Origin: an uncultured Thermoplasmata archaeon
Lineage (GTDB): Archaea > Thermoplasmatota > Poseidoniia > MGIII > CG-Epi1
Direction: 5' to 3'
Assembly: GCA_963996465.1 (NCBI GenBank)
Contig: CAXEHI010000014.1
Coordinates: 11,089 to 75,088, forward strand
DNA length: 64,000 nt
In this document: piece after piece, positions 37,849-49,240 of the stretch
Layout of the letters: each line of letters opens with the position of its first letter
Numbering within the stretch: the stretch's first letter is position 1
Made by a program: the position numbers and the translations under genes
The notes under the pieces: generated by a model
What the model was told of the DNA's origin: nothing
Database searches by the model: none
Seen by the model: the letters and a program-made list of their open reading frames with translations, nothing else

Positions 37849-39411
37849 ATGGAGTTGCTGAATAATTTCGGTATACAACCAAAGAAAGTACATCACAACT
37901 TATCGCAAGATCAATACAGAGATGAAGTTATTGGCAGGGGTGAAGGTAAGTTGTCTTCTAATGGAACTGCTGTTGTAACTACTGGAATTTTTACAGGCCG
38001 TTCACCAAATGATAGATTTTTTGTACTAAATTCAGACTCAGAACAAAAAATAGATTGGGGGGAAATAAACAAACCATTACCTTCAGATTCATTCGATACG
38101 TTATTGGATTTAGTTAAAGATGAGATGAACAATCAAGAATTGTTTGTTTTCGATGGCTTTGCAGGCGCAGATTCAAGATTTCGGCTTCCAATTAGAGTAG
38201 TTACAATGAAAGCATGGCAATCACATTTCTCTAATAATATGTTTATCCGACCATCTAAAGAAGAGTTATCATCCTTCATTCCAGAATTCACAGTACTCAA
38301 TGCATCCAGTGCTAAGGCTGCAAATTGGGCCCAACTTTCTCTAAACTCAGAGATTTTTATCGTTGTTAATATCGAAAAGAAATTAGTCATAATTGGCGGC
38401 ACAGAATATGGTGGCGAAATAAAAAAGAGTATTTTTTCCGTACTCAATTATTTACTTCCTAATGAAGGCGTTCTACCAATGCATTGTTCTGCTAATATCG
38501 GCTCTAATGACGACACTGCTCTATTTTTTGGTCTTAGTGGAACTGGTAAAACCACACTTTCTACTGATTCTACAAGAAGATTAATCGGTGATGACGAACA
38601 CGGTTGGTCAGATCAAGGAGTTTTCAATTTCGAAGGAGGTTGCTATGCTAAAACTATCAATCTCGATTCAGCAAAAGAACCAGAGATATACAATGCGATT
38701 CGTCCTGGGGCGTTACTGGAAAATGTAGTTATGGATGAAGATGGAAATATTGACTACAGTGATTCATCAATAACTGAGAATACCAGAGTCTCCTATCCTA
38801 TCGATTATATAGATAATATCGAACCATCAGAATGTGGCGGTCATCCACTTAATGTCTTTTTCTTAACTGCCGATGCATTCGGCGTTCTTCCTCCTATTTC
38901 GCAGCTAACTCCGGAAATGGCAATGTACCATTTCCTTAGCGGCTATACAGCAAAAGTCGCGGGAACTGAACGAGGCATTGTAACGCCAACAGTCACATTT
39001 TCTACCTGTTTTGGCGCTCCGTTTATGCCCCAGCATCCAACAGTTTATGCTAGGATGTTAGGTGAAAAAATTGCTAAACATAATGCCAAAGTATGGTTGA
39101 TTAATACAGGCTGGACAGGCGGCCCTTATGGAGAGGGCACTCGCATCGACCTTCCTCTAACTCGTAGAATGTTAAATGCAATTTTATTGGGTGAATTAGA
39201 TAATGCAGATTTTATTTCAGATTCTATTTTTCAAGTATTAGTTCCCACCTCTATAGAAGGCGTACCTGATAAAATATTACAACCAAGAAATACTTGGGAG
39301 GATGGCACTGCCTATGATATCAAAGCTCAGGAGCTCGCTACTCTTTTTGTAAATAATTTTGAAAAGTATCGAGATTATGGAGATTTTGAATCAGCCGGTC
39401 CATTGTTGTAA
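37849..39411 (+). CDS. pckA: Phosphoenolpyruvate carboxykinase (ATP)
   Basis: 520 aa with the kinase-1a motif GLSGTGKTTLSTD and PEPCK-ATP family blocks (FNFEGGCYAK, etc.). Confidence 0.9.
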   Translation: MELLNNFGIQPKKVHHNLSQDQYRDEVIGRGEGKLSSNGTAVVTTGIFTGRSPNDRFFVLNSDSEQKIDWGEINKPLPSDSFDTLLDLVKDEMNNQELFVFDGFAGADSRFRLPIRVVTMKAWQSHFSNNMFIRPSKEELSSFIPEFTVLNASSAKAANWAQLSLNSEIFIVVNIEKKLVIIGGTEYGGEIKKSIFSVLNYLLPNEGVLPMHCSANIGSNDDTALFFGLSGTGKTTLSTDSTRRLIGDDEHGWSDQGVFNFEGGCYAKTINLDSAKEPEIYNAIRPGALLENVVMDEDGNIDYSDSSITENTRVSYPIDYIDNIEPSECGGHPLNVFFLTADAFGVLPPISQLTPEMAMYHFLSGYTAKVAGTERGIVTPTVTFSTCFGAPFMPQHPTVYARMLGEKIAKHNAKVWLINTGWTGGPYGEGTRIDLPLTRRMLNAILLGELDNADFISDSIFQVLVPTSIEGVPDKILQPRNTWEDGTAYDIKAQELATLFVNNFEKYRDYGDFESAGPLL

Positions 39412-39415
39412 TAGT

Positions 39416-39967
39416 ATGAAAATAAATCGTTCATCCGTTCTTAATTTTATCTTCTTCTTCGGACCACTAGTTCTCGTCTCTTATCTTTACGGTTTTTCTC
39501 ACATGGATGATCCAACTGTAGCTTGGGGGGGTGTCCCTCTATCTTGGCAAACTTACATAGTTCCATTCATGTTCGTTGCAGCATTCGGTTTTCTAATGTA
39601 TTGGTGGATTGCTTTCTTTCAGCTCGATGAAAAAACTTTACAATCATTTCGATGGCCATGGGGTAAATCTGACGGCCAAGGTCTCAATCGTCTTCTATTA
39701 GCATATGCTATCTTTCTAATTCCATCTTCTTTTTGGCTCGAAAGCACCATCTACCATATCAATCACGATACTAGTTGGACTCCTATCTTACCAATATCAA
39801 TACTGACTATCGTCACTATCGGCAATGTCATGTTAGGTCTATTAGCATACAGTGCTCATAAAGATGGAATCAAAAACGCTAATCTGATGTTTATCGGTTC
39901 AATAATGCTCGGTATTCAATGCATACTCAATGATTGGATAATTTGGATTATAAAATTCCCTTGGTAA
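39416..39967 (+). CDS. Hypothetical polytopic membrane protein
   Basis: The ORF runs from 39359 and overlaps the pckA end. The first Met after the pckA stop is at about 39416. About 5 TM helices. Confidence 0.4.
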   Translation: MKINRSSVLNFIFFFGPLVLVSYLYGFSHMDDPTVAWGGVPLSWQTYIVPFMFVAAFGFLMYWWIAFFQLDEKTLQSFRWPWGKSDGQGLNRLLLAYAIFLIPSSFWLESTIYHINHDTSWTPILPISILTIVTIGNVMLGLLAYSAHKDGIKNANLMFIGSIMLGIQCILNDWIIWIIKFPW

Positions 39968-39969
39968 TA

Positions 39970-40947
39970 TTATAAGAATTCACTTACCATCTCTCTTTCT
40001 TTAGTAAGTTCATCATTCGTTCTTTCTAACGCTTCCTTTGCGAATGAATTATGTTCCATTCCTTTCACAATTTCAAAATTACCTGAAGAAGTGGTCCTTG
40101 TTGGCATTCCTGCCCAGACGCCCTTTGCAAAACTATATTCTCCTCTACTAACAACCGCAATTGAATTTATTTTATCACTAGGTGTATTCAAACTTTGAAC
40201 ATGATTTATCAATGCATTAGCAGCCGATGCAGCACTGGATAATCCTCTCGCTTTGATAATCTCGGCACCACGCTGTCCAACTGCAGGAATAAATTCTTTC
40301 TGCATCCAGCTCTCATCGCTAATGATTTCCATTGCAGATTTCCCCGTTATTTTTGAATTTTCATAATCGGGATACATAGTAGGGCTGTGATTTCCATAGA
40401 TTACTACATCACTCACTTCTGTAATGTCAACACCGGCTTTCTTAGCCAACATCGCTTGAGCTCTATTTTGATCTAATCTAACCATAGCAGTAAACTGTTC
40501 ATCTTTCAATCGACTACACTGTGCCGCTGCAATCATACAATTTGTATTGCATGGATTACCAACTACAACAACTCTACAATTATCGGCAGCATTCTCATCT
40601 ATAGATTTTCCTTGACCTACAAAAATTCTTCCATTATCTCTTAACAAATCAGAACGTTCCATTCCAGGCCCTCTAGGTTTACTCCCAACTAATAAACACC
40701 AATTAGCTCCAGCAAACGCTTCATCAGGATTCGAAGAAGTAATAATTTCTTTCAGTAAAGGAAAGGAACAATCTTCCAATTCCATTGCCACACCATTCAG
40801 TGCATCCATAGCTGGGGGTATCTCTAATAATTGTAAAATCACAGGTTGTTCTTTTCCGAACATTTCACCCGCGGCTATTCTAGGCAATAAACTGTATCCT
40901 ATCTGTCCAGCAGCACCAGTAACTGCAACACGTATGGCTTCTTGCAT
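39970..40947 (-). CDS. mdh: Malate dehydrogenase, NAD-dependent, cytosolic-type (type 2, Thermus-like)
   Basis: The N-terminus [54 protein letters not shown] is near-identical in pattern to type-2 dimeric MDHs. 325 aa. Confidence 0.85.
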   Translation of the reverse strand: MQEAIRVAVTGAAGQIGYSLLPRIAAGEMFGKEQPVILQLLEIPPAMDALNGVAMELEDCSFPLLKEIITSSNPDEAFAGANWCLLVGSKPRGPGMERSDLLRDNGRIFVGQGKSIDENAADNCRVVVVGNPCNTNCMIAAAQCSRLKDEQFTAMVRLDQNRAQAMLAKKAGVDITEVSDVVIYGNHSPTMYPDYENSKITGKSAMEIISDESWMQKEFIPAVGQRGAEIIKARGLSSAASAANALINHVQSLNTPSDKINSIAVVSRGEYSFAKGVWAGMPTRTTSSGNFEIVKGMEHNSFAKEALERTNDELTKEREMVSEFL

Positions 40948-41052
40948 TCTATTCTAAATAGTAAGAACAGTGCTTAAACGTTTCTGTCTATTTCATCTCA
41001 TAATCTTCATACTACTACAAAGTCCTTTTATCCTATTCACCATTAAGGAGTT

Positions 41053-41217
41053 ATGGATCCTATTACAGATGTCAAGAAATATGACATACAAAGAAGAATC
41101 TATTTGCCAAAGTGGGTGGAGGAAGAACTGGGCTTAGTTCCTGGAAAACATTACGTTACTTTTCTGCCTAAGAATGGGGATATTATTATCAAAAAAGTGA
41201 ATATAAGTTTAGATTAG
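41053..41217 (+). CDS. AbrB/MazE/SpoVT-family small DNA-binding protein
   Basis: 54-aa ORF found by hand: MDPITDVKKYDIQRRIYLPKWVEEELGLVPGKHYVTFLPKNGDIIIKKVNISLD. It has the swapped-hairpin AbrB-like pattern (RRIYLPK..LGL..G). An AAGGAG Shine-Dalgarno-like sequence lies 2-7 nt upstream of the ATG. Confidence 0.45.
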   Translation: MDPITDVKKYDIQRRIYLPKWVEEELGLVPGKHYVTFLPKNGDIIIKKVNISLD

Positions 41218-42677
41218 ACAGTCTCTTTTAACCATTCTAAATCACTTTGAAATAACATTCTTATATCCTTTAGTCCAAGTTTTAACATAGCCAATCTTTC
41301 TAGTCCCAGACCCCATGCTAAAACTGGGCAATCTATTCCAAATGGAGCCGTTACTTCCGGTCTAAACACTCCAGCCCCTCCTAATTCTAGCCATTTACCA
41401 TTGAATACAACTTCTATCTCTAAAGACGGTTCTGTGTATGGAAAATAAGCAGGTCTAACACGTACTTCAGAGAATCCCATCCGTTTGTAAAATTCTTTCA
41501 GAACTCCTATCAGCATTGCAAAGCTTGCATTTTCTTCCATTATTATCCCTTCTACTTGTGTGAATTCTGGTAGGTGTGTTGAATCAACAGATTCATACCT
41601 AAACACACGTCCCACACCAAAAACTCTAGCAGGTGGGTTTGGATTTTCTGATAAATATTTTATCGTGTTAACAGTAGTATGTGTACGCAACAAAGCTTTC
41701 TTCGCTTTTTCAACATCCCATTTTCCTCCCCAACCAGTCGATTCCGTATCTCCACCTTTTTCATGAATGTCTTTAATTTTTTGAACTAATTCTTTATCCT
41801 CAAGATCAAAACTCTTCTCTTCTAAATACAACGTATCTTGTAATTCTCTTGCTGGATGGTCTTGAGGTATGAACAAAGTATCCATATTCCAAAAAGCTGA
41901 CTGTACGTAATCTCCCTCTATCTCTTGAAAACCCATTTGTAGAAATATCAATCGTATATCTTCAATAAATCTAGTGAATGGGTGTAGCGTTGCATGTTGC
42001 GCACTTACTGTTTTTGTGTTCAATGAGTATTTCTGAAAATCCTTATCTTTCCAACTACCGGTCTGTATCATCTCCGGAGTGATTTCTCCTATTGTAGGCG
42101 CCTCTCCTAAATCAATTTCTTCTCCTTCTTTTGTTAGAACTATTTCACGATCAATCTCTTCACGTTTATCTAATATTTTTCTTCCTTTCAATAATTTAAA
42201 TCCTTCTTTCTCTATTTCATCTGCCTTAATCTCTTCTTCAAATAGTAATTGCATTAAGACAGGTTCATCAGGCGTTTCGTCTTTATTTCCAGCGTAATTT
42301 ATCTGTGGTCCACCTTTACCTTTTTCAATAGTCGCAAAACCCTTTCTTTTTAACCACCCAACTGCAATTTTACCTTCACTTTCACTAATGCCTGCTTTCT
42401 CTATTTCAGACAGAGTTATCGTTTCATTTTCAGCTAACCATTCAACAACTCGTCTTTCAGGCAATCCATCTTTAGCATATTTTTTTCCCTCTTCATTTAG
42501 TGATACAAATTCAGTTATATTCTCTTCAAAGTCAACTAGCCCCTTAGTTCTAAGCCAAGATGCTGCAGACATTACTTCTTGTACGCTACTTTCTGTTGTA
42601 GAAGAAATTTCATCAGGTTTTGTTTCCCCATCCCTAACTGCCTTTAGCACTTCATACTCATTTGATGACAGGTCCAC
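41214..42677 (-). CDS. pheS: Phenylalanyl-tRNA synthetase alpha subunit (archaeal type)
   Basis: 487 aa. The class II motifs sit in the C-terminal half (FRPEVTAPFGIDCPVLAWGLGLERLAMLKLG), and the N-terminus has archaeal/eukaryal-type winged-helix domains. Confidence 0.85.
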   Translation of the reverse strand: MDLSSNEYEVLKAVRDGETKPDEISSTTESSVQEVMSAASWLRTKGLVDFEENITEFVSLNEEGKKYAKDGLPERRVVEWLAENETITLSEIEKAGISESEGKIAVGWLKRKGFATIEKGKGGPQINYAGNKDETPDEPVLMQLLFEEEIKADEIEKEGFKLLKGRKILDKREEIDREIVLTKEGEEIDLGEAPTIGEITPEMIQTGSWKDKDFQKYSLNTKTVSAQHATLHPFTRFIEDIRLIFLQMGFQEIEGDYVQSAFWNMDTLFIPQDHPARELQDTLYLEEKSFDLEDKELVQKIKDIHEKGGDTESTGWGGKWDVEKAKKALLRTHTTVNTIKYLSENPNPPARVFGVGRVFRYESVDSTHLPEFTQVEGIIMEENASFAMLIGVLKEFYKRMGFSEVRVRPAYFPYTEPSLEIEVVFNGKWLELGGAGVFRPEVTAPFGIDCPVLAWGLGLERLAMLKLGLKDIRMLFQSDLEWLKETV

Positions 42678-42707
42678 ATTCCGTTACATATCTGGTGCTT
42701 AATAGGT

Positions 42708-43484
42708 CTAAGGTCTTCTTTCAATCCACACAGAATCATGTTTCTCAATTGATTCATTTATCTCTTTCGCTACATCTTCAACTTCTTTGTCATTAGTATT
42801 GATTATTATGTCATATCCACTGGCATCTCTATAATCAAATCCATAAAGTTTGTGATACCTCTCTCTATCATCTTCGTCTCTATTCTGATTATCAATAAAT
42901 GCATCCATCACACTTTCGGTGTTCGGTATCTCCATTCCATTTATCTCTTTCGCTACATCTTCTAAATTTCCAAAATCTTCTTTAGGTAAATTCTCCTTTA
43001 CAAACAAATAATCTTCCTTAGTAGTCTCTCTTTTCAAAAAGCGTAAAGCTTGTTCTCTAACACTACACTCAAGGTATATTCTAACTAAATTATCTTTACC
43101 TATACTTTCCATGAATCCACCCATAAATGCAGGCTGTCTTCCTTCTATAACTGCCAAATCAGAGTCCAATTCAGCCCCACCTATCATTTTACAAGTTGAA
43201 TAGTCAATCTGAACATCAATTCCCCGTTCCTTTTTTAGAAGTCTAGCCTGCTCTGCAACACTCACTCCTCTTTTCTTAGCTTCTTCTCTGAATAAAGTTC
43301 CAACCGATAAATTTTTCCCGTTATATATTTTTGACAATCTTTTCGCTTGAGTTGATTTACCTGTTAATTGATCTCCAGCAATCAATATCATAGGTTTTTC
43401 AGTAATACTTCTTTTCAATTCATCAATAGAATTTTCACCGATATATTCTTTGAATGCTTTTTCAATTCCTTCTATGTATTTCAT
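42708..43484 (-). CDS. cmk: Cytidylate kinase (archaeal type) with an N-terminal extension
   Basis: P-loop ILIAGDQLTGKST, an EGRQ lid block, and a C-terminal RERYHKLYGFDYRDASGYDIIINT matching the archaeal Cmk ending. Confidence 0.6.
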   Translation of the reverse strand: MKYIEGIEKAFKEYIGENSIDELKRSITEKPMILIAGDQLTGKSTQAKRLSKIYNGKNLSVGTLFREEAKKRGVSVAEQARLLKKERGIDVQIDYSTCKMIGGAELDSDLAVIEGRQPAFMGGFMESIGKDNLVRIYLECSVREQALRFLKRETTKEDYLFVKENLPKEDFGNLEDVAKEINGMEIPNTESVMDAFIDNQNRDEDDRERYHKLYGFDYRDASGYDIIINTNDKEVEDVAKEINESIEKHDSVWIERRP

Positions 43485-43490
43485 ACTATA

Positions 43491-44558
43491 TCAACAGCTA
43501 AATGGATTTGAGACTTTATCGGGAATCGGATTTCCAAAATCAATTTTCCGTCCTTCCCAATCATTCTTTGCTATTAAAACAACTCTACTATTTTCAGCTT
43601 CATCTATAATTTTCCAACCTAATTCCCCTGCTATTTTTTTAGCAAATATTCGAACCTCTTCATGGTCTAGCATATTTTTTTTACTCAATCTCTTTCTTGC
43701 CGGTCCTAAATGCATATATGATTTCACCTCAATCATTGTATCCTCTCCACTTCTTCGAATTAATTCGGCATATCCTTTAGCATCAAAATCATTCCATTCC
43801 CTAACTAAAGTCATTCTCAATACCTTTCTCGTTTTCAATTTAGACATAGTTTTCAATGATCCTAATACACGTTCCCAAAAATCAGGTATCAAAGGTATGT
43901 CAATTTTTTTCCAAGTTTTTTTATCAGGAGCATCTAATGACATATACAGTTGAGTAGGCAATGCATTTTCCTTATCCAATTTTTCCAATACTTCAGGGTG
44001 CAATCCATTAGTCACTAGGAATGAACTTATTTCTCTCCTATGTAATTCTTTAATCATTTCTGGCAATCTTTTGTACAGGGTCGGTTCACCAGTAAGAGAA
44101 ATAGCAAAATGCCTTACATGTTTCGATTCTTCAAATGTCTGTTTATCTATTCTTTCATTACCACCAAAGCCAGATAGTTTTTTCAAATGAGCAGTTATTG
44201 AATCTTCTATGATATCATTTGGATCATCATTTGCTTCTTCCATCAAATCTTGTTTTCCAGAAAAGAATTCATTGGCTTTCCAACAGAATGTACATTTTTG
44301 GTCACAAGCTACAGCTGCCGGAGACATCTGTGTGCATTGATGCGATCTTATACCATAGAATTTTTGTTTGTAACATCCACCCTCATTCCCTTTCATACTC
44401 TTTTTAGTCCATCCACAAATCTCTACTGCAGAATGATTTCCAACTATTGCATAGGATGCATTTTCAAGCTCATTTTTGTAATCATCAGTAAATAACTTAG
44501 TACTTTCAGTACTCTCTATCTTGGGTTTAGATAACAGAGGTTGCTGAGTAGATTTCAT
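43491..44558 (-). CDS. taw1: tRNA 4-demethylwyosine synthase Taw1 (TYW1 radical-SAM enzyme)
   Basis: Radical-SAM CDQKCTFC (CxxxCxxC) motif. The block HFAISLTGEPTLYKRLPEMIKELHRREISSFLVTNG and a second N-terminal Cys cluster are typical of TYW1/Taw1. Confidence 0.7.
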   Translation of the reverse strand: MKSTQQPLLSKPKIESTESTKLFTDDYKNELENASYAIVGNHSAVEICGWTKKSMKGNEGGCYKQKFYGIRSHQCTQMSPAAVACDQKCTFCWKANEFFSGKQDLMEEANDDPNDIIEDSITAHLKKLSGFGGNERIDKQTFEESKHVRHFAISLTGEPTLYKRLPEMIKELHRREISSFLVTNGLHPEVLEKLDKENALPTQLYMSLDAPDKKTWKKIDIPLIPDFWERVLGSLKTMSKLKTRKVLRMTLVREWNDFDAKGYAELIRRSGEDTMIEVKSYMHLGPARKRLSKKNMLDHEEVRIFAKKIAGELGWKIIDEAENSRVVLIAKNDWEGRKIDFGNPIPDKVSNPFSC

Positions 44559-45289
44559 ACCGTTTGAACCTCATTTATATTTTCAATAATCCAAGTCGTC
44601 ATAGTTATATTAATTTCATAATCTAACGTATCATCTTCTCCTGGAAAAATTGCATTACTATCATCATATACGACTTCAACAAAAATATATTCACCATCTA
44701 TCTCTAATTGAAATAGAAAATCTTCTTGACTGTCTGCAGACATTGTAATGTTTCCAGCACTCGTCAGATTATTAATCATGTAATCGTATTGCCATGTGTG
44801 TTCGTAGGAGCTTTGAGTATCGGTATAGATGTCCACTCCTTCGCTACCATTAGCTATCCGTATAGATACGGTCGGTTCCGTTTGATCTGTAATTGAAGGA
44901 CTTTCAAAATAGAATTGAACACTAATCATTCCGATATTTCTTATTCCCTTCAAATCACTACCAGATGAATCTTGCATCACATCAAATGTCAAACTCTGTC
45001 CTTCATCAAAGAAACCACTTCCACTTAGCAACTGTTCTTGTGTCGAATTTATTTGAGCAATATACGCATTCACCCCACCTATGGCTGTAGAATCTGTACT
45101 ACTCGCTGCATACTTAAAAGACATCGAAAGAACTAATATTATAACAGTAAAACCAACAATCCCAGAGACCAATCTCCCGGTAACGGTGAATTCCGTATTC
45201 ATTACTGGCAATGCGATTTTTCTAATCTCACGCTCGTTAAATCTTTCGAATTCAACATACTTACGAGATACTGTTTCGAGTACTGTCAC
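44555..45289 (-). CDS. Hypothetical membrane-anchored extracytoplasmic protein
   Basis: 244 aa with a single N-terminal TM (LVSGIVGFTVIILVLSMSF) and an S/T/D-rich ectodomain. It overlaps taw1 by 4 nt. Confidence 0.35.
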   Translation of the reverse strand: MTVLETVSRKYVEFERFNEREIRKIALPVMNTEFTVTGRLVSGIVGFTVIILVLSMSFKYAASSTDSTAIGGVNAYIAQINSTQEQLLSGSGFFDEGQSLTFDVMQDSSGSDLKGIRNIGMISVQFYFESPSITDQTEPTVSIRIANGSEGVDIYTDTQSSYEHTWQYDYMINNLTSAGNITMSADSQEDFLFQLEIDGEYIFVEVVYDDSNAIFPGEDDTLDYEINITMTTWIIENINEVQTV

Positions 45290-45321
45290 AAATAGTCAGT
45301 TTGGTTGTTTTATTTATGGCT

Positions 45322-48300
45322 TTACGAACAACCAGTTGTTGCACCACAACCCAAACATTTGAAGCAACTACCATTAGGAACTAGTTTGAATTGTCCACAT
45401 TCTGGACAAGGATCTCCGGAATATCCCATCTTAATCGCTTCACTCGCAGTTTCATTTCCACCCCGAACATCCGTTGAAACAACATTCACATTTTCTAAAT
45501 CTGTAGTGTCATACATTGTATCAATCGTTCCAACATCATCTAAAGTCATCTGTACTTCGTGATTATCTGTGGTTTCTGAGCTAGGTCTCAATTTGTTTCG
45601 ACTTTCCCGTTCATTTTTTTCTTCAGCCGCAGTTCTCAAAGTATCATGCATCAAATCTTCCGGTGTAACTTGGATGCCCAAGTCTGCTCGTCCTAGATAA
45701 TTTATGGCTAAATCTCTAAATAAATAATCTATAACACTAGTGCTCATCTTTATTCTTTCATTTCCAATAACTGGGCCATTAGGTTCAAATCTGCTGAAGA
45801 CAAACGCATCCACAAATTCTTCCAGAGGCACTCCATGTTGAAGTCCAAGACTAACTGCTATAGCAAAACTATTCATTAACGAACGGAAAGCAGCACCTTC
45901 TTTGTGCATATTGATGAATATTTCACCTAGTGTTCCATCATCATATTCGCCCGTGCTCAAGAATATACTATGGCCAGCTATCTTAGCTTTCTGAGTATAT
46001 CCGCCTCTCTTGTTAGGCATTCTTCTTCTTTGCGCTATATATCTAGTTATGACTTTCTTGGCAACTGATTTTGCATTTGGAATAGGGAGGGATTCAGCTA
46101 GCATCTCTGCCGCAGCTCCAGGCGTCATCATTCCTTCAGGAATCATCATCTCTTCATCTTCCTCCATTTCTATCGCAGATGCAATTTCAAGCAATGCTCC
46201 AGACATCAAAGGTTGACTCAGTTTACTCGCATCTCTATATACTGCCATAGCTTTGTTCATCAATTTCCACGATAATTCATAAACTTCTTCAATATCTTCT
46301 ACAAGAACTTCATGCGGCATGTTTATCGTTTTCGATATTGCTCCACTTATGAATGGCTGAGCTGCCGCCATCATTCGAACATGAGCCTTATAGTCAATAG
46401 ATCGCATTCCATATTTACCACATTTATTGGCACAATCAAATACTGCAAGATGTTCTTCCTTGATATGAGGTGCATCTTCTATTGTAAGTTTACCAAAAAT
46501 ACGATTCTCAGCTTCCTCTATCTGTTGCTCTGAAAAACCCATATGTTCGAGTAATACAAACGTCGGATCATTCATCTGTTCATCCGTAAGTTTCAAATTC
46601 TTTTTACAGAATTCATCACCTATATTGAGGGGTGTAAACAACATTTTCATCGAAGTCAAACTAGCAACACGTTTTTCTAGTTCAGATAATACTTTTTCTG
46701 TAAATCCATAATTCGTTAATGTTTCATTATTGATATGTGGTGCCCCATCAAATTTTCCAGTTCCTATTATGTAATCTATAATCTCATCTCTTTCAGAATC
46801 TGAATATCCCAGTTTTTTCAACGCTAGAGGGACTGATTGATTTATTATTTTTAGAGATCCGCCGCCTGCTAATGTTTTAAATTTAATTAAAGCGAAATCA
46901 GGTTCTATTCCTGTAGTATCACAATCCATTACAATACCTATAGTGCCAGTAGGTGCAATCACTGTTGCTTGAGCATTTCTATATCCATATTTTTCACCCA
47001 TTTCTAATGCAGAATCCCATGCATTCTTAGCTGCATTTACTAAATAATCTGGGCAACTATCTGGATTTATTCCCTGAGGCGTTATTGTTAATCCTTCATA
47101 ATTTTCTGGCTTTTTATTATATGCAGCTCTACGGTGATTTCTAATCACTCTCAACATTTCATTTTTGTTATATTCGTATCTTTCAAATGTCCCTATAACT
47201 CCTGCCATTTCAGCACTAGTTGCATAACTTATCCCGCCTAATATTGCAGTAAGAGATCCACATATCGCATACGCACGAGGGTCATCATATGGTATACCCA
47301 TTCTCATTAACAACGATCCAATATTTGCATATCCTAATCCTAATGTTCGATATTCGTAGCTAAGGCGCGCTATCGCCTCGCTTGGAAATTGCGCCATCAG
47401 TACCGATATCTCTAGAACTACAGTCCATATTCTTACGGCATGTTCGTAGGCCTCAACATCGAATGTTTCCGTTTCTTCATCGTAAAAACTACCTAGATTC
47501 AAACTTGCTAAATTACATGCCGTATCATCTAAGAACATATATTCAGAACACGGATTACTGCCTCTTATTTTTCCATCCTTCGGACAAGTATGCCACTCAT
47601 TTATTGTTGAATGGTATTGTATTCCAGGATCTGCACATGACCATGCTGCCTGAGATATCTTCCTCCACAAGTCATTAGCCGGCATACTCTTACAAGGTTC
47701 AGCCACTCTATCTTCTTTCTTTGCCTTCACTAACTCAGTTCTCCAATAAAGGTTCCATACACCATCTTTGGCAACAGCTTCCATAAAGTCGTTCGTCACT
47801 CTTACAGAATTATTACTATTCTGTCCAGAAACAGTTTGATAAGCTTCACCTTCCCATTCAGTACCATATGTATCAAATTCTATAGATGTCCATCCCTGTT
47901 CACCTAATTCTAAAACTCTTCCTATCAAACTATTCGGTATGTGTGCCTTCATTGCCTTTTTCAAAGCTTTAGCTAGTTCTTGATTCTCATTTTGATCCAT
48001 CCTTTTTTCTGTATCTGGATATGCCTGTATCGCTGCCAATAATTCATTACAATGTTCTTGTATATGCAATGAACCAGAAACCAATCCCGCTACTTTCTCT
48101 TCTTCTTTAACTTTCCATTCTATGAATTCTTCTATATCTGGATGATCCATATCTAAACTAACCATTTTCGCTGCACGTCTAGTTGTTCCACCAGATTTGA
48201 TAGCTCCTGCAGCAGTGTCTCCTATTTTTAGAAACGACATCAATCCAGAACTTGTTCCACCACCAGACAGCGTTTCACCTTCACCCCTTATGTGTGAAAA

Positions 48301-49023
48301 ATTACTACCCGTTCCAGAACCATATTTGAACAGCCTAGCCTCCCTTGTCCATAGATCCATTATTCCCCCTTCTTTGACTAAGTCATCACTTACAGATTGA
48401 ATAAAACAAGCATGCGGTTGAGGTCTCTCATATGCATTTTTAGAATTTTCAACTTGACCCGTTTTTTGATTAACATATAGATGTCCTTGCGCCGGCCCCT
48501 CTATTCCATATGCCCAGTTAAGGCCGGTGTTGAACCATTGTGGAGAATTTGGCGATGCCATTTGTGCAGCCAACATATAGCATAACTCTTCATAGAATGC
48601 CTTTGCATCCTTTTCAGTTTTGAAATATTTATTTTTCCACCCCCAATATGTCCACGTTCCAGCTAATCTTCTAAATAATTCTTTTCCATCAGTTTCTTCT
48701 GTATATCTTTTTTCTTCTTTGATTTTGGAAAGTGCTTTTTCATCAGGTATACTTTTTGAAAGCCAAACGGGCACTCCACGTTCCTTTGATTTTTTTAGCT
48801 TCGCTGCAATTCCTGCCTTTCTAAAATATTTTTGTGACAGAACATTAGCCGCAACTCCACTAAAATTTTCTGGCAAGTTTACATTTTTCATTTCGAAAGC
48901 AGTACTTCCATCAATATTCAATATCTCTATATTTCTTTTTTTCCATCTTAATTTTTCAAACGGATTTTCCCCCTCTTTTGTAAATTTCCTACCTACCTTC
49001 AAACCTTTAGAATTCGGCGGCAC
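45322..49023 (-). CDS. nrdJ: Adenosylcobalamin-dependent (class II) ribonucleotide reductase, long form with a C-terminal zinc ribbon
   Basis: 1233 aa. The active-site region is [21 protein letters not shown], and the C-terminus is CPECGQ...[11 protein letters not shown]-typical blocks run throughout. Confidence 0.85.
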   Translation of the reverse strand: MPPNSKGLKVGRKFTKEGENPFEKLRWKKRNIEILNIDGSTAFEMKNVNLPENFSGVAANVLSQKYFRKAGIAAKLKKSKERGVPVWLSKSIPDEKALSKIKEEKRYTEETDGKELFRRLAGTWTYWGWKNKYFKTEKDAKAFYEELCYMLAAQMASPNSPQWFNTGLNWAYGIEGPAQGHLYVNQKTGQVENSKNAYERPQPHACFIQSVSDDLVKEGGIMDLWTREARLFKYGSGTGSNFSHIRGEGETLSGGGTSSGLMSFLKIGDTAAGAIKSGGTTRRAAKMVSLDMDHPDIEEFIEWKVKEEEKVAGLVSGSLHIQEHCNELLAAIQAYPDTEKRMDQNENQELAKALKKAMKAHIPNSLIGRVLELGEQGWTSIEFDTYGTEWEGEAYQTVSGQNSNNSVRVTNDFMEAVAKDGVWNLYWRTELVKAKKEDRVAEPCKSMPANDLWRKISQAAWSCADPGIQYHSTINEWHTCPKDGKIRGSNPCSEYMFLDDTACNLASLNLGSFYDEETETFDVEAYEHAVRIWTVVLEISVLMAQFPSEAIARLSYEYRTLGLGYANIGSLLMRMGIPYDDPRAYAICGSLTAILGGISYATSAEMAGVIGTFERYEYNKNEMLRVIRNHRRAAYNKKPENYEGLTITPQGINPDSCPDYLVNAAKNAWDSALEMGEKYGYRNAQATVIAPTGTIGIVMDCDTTGIEPDFALIKFKTLAGGGSLKIINQSVPLALKKLGYSDSERDEIIDYIIGTGKFDGAPHINNETLTNYGFTEKVLSELEKRVASLTSMKMLFTPLNIGDEFCKKNLKLTDEQMNDPTFVLLEHMGFSEQQIEEAENRIFGKLTIEDAPHIKEEHLAVFDCANKCGKYGMRSIDYKAHVRMMAAAQPFISGAISKTINMPHEVLVEDIEEVYELSWKLMNKAMAVYRDASKLSQPLMSGALLEIASAIEMEEDEEMMIPEGMMTPGAAAEMLAESLPIPNAKSVAKKVITRYIAQRRRMPNKRGGYTQKAKIAGHSIFLSTGEYDDGTLGEIFINMHKEGAAFRSLMNSFAIAVSLGLQHGVPLEEFVDAFVFSRFEPNGPVIGNERIKMSTSVIDYLFRDLAINYLGRADLGIQVTPEDLMHDTLRTAAEEKNERESRNKLRPSSETTDNHEVQMTLDDVGTIDTMYDTTDLENVNVVSTDVRGGNETASEAIKMGYSGDPCPECGQFKLVPNGSCFKCLGCGATTGCS

Positions 49024-49240
49024 CTATGCTCCTCCATCTTTTTATTTTTCCATCCATAATCTTCTACCTCATATCACTCAATTTCAAATTAGATTCTTTT
49101 TTCAGATATTTCAAATTCGAAACCATAGAGTTAATCCGATGTTAGAAACCAGTTTTAAGTGTTGCATACGTTTTTGATTTTTTTACTCTTTATTTTCTGT
49201 GACGACAAGTACTCTAAATTCGTATTTTGACGTAATTCTT

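Noticed and set aside
45322-49023. Possible intein in the 1233-aa NrdJ
   Set aside because: No intein junction motifs were found on reading the translation (no C/S after an HN dipeptide at a plausible C-junction; the only HN-like dipeptide is in TDNHEV). RNR-typical blocks appear contiguous. The extra length is more likely to be additional domains.
48620-49177. 185-aa plus-strand ORF spanning the nrdJ 5' end and the upstream spacer
   Set aside because: It is antisense to the well-supported nrdJ N-terminus, with a low-complexity F/S/L-rich translation typical of AT-rich antisense frames.
49024-49240. Cobalamin riboswitch or other structured RNA upstream of nrdJ
   Set aside because: The region is about 75-80% A/T with no conserved B12-box-like GC-rich core. 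It is more likely a simple promoter/5'UTR, and riboswitches are rare in archaea.
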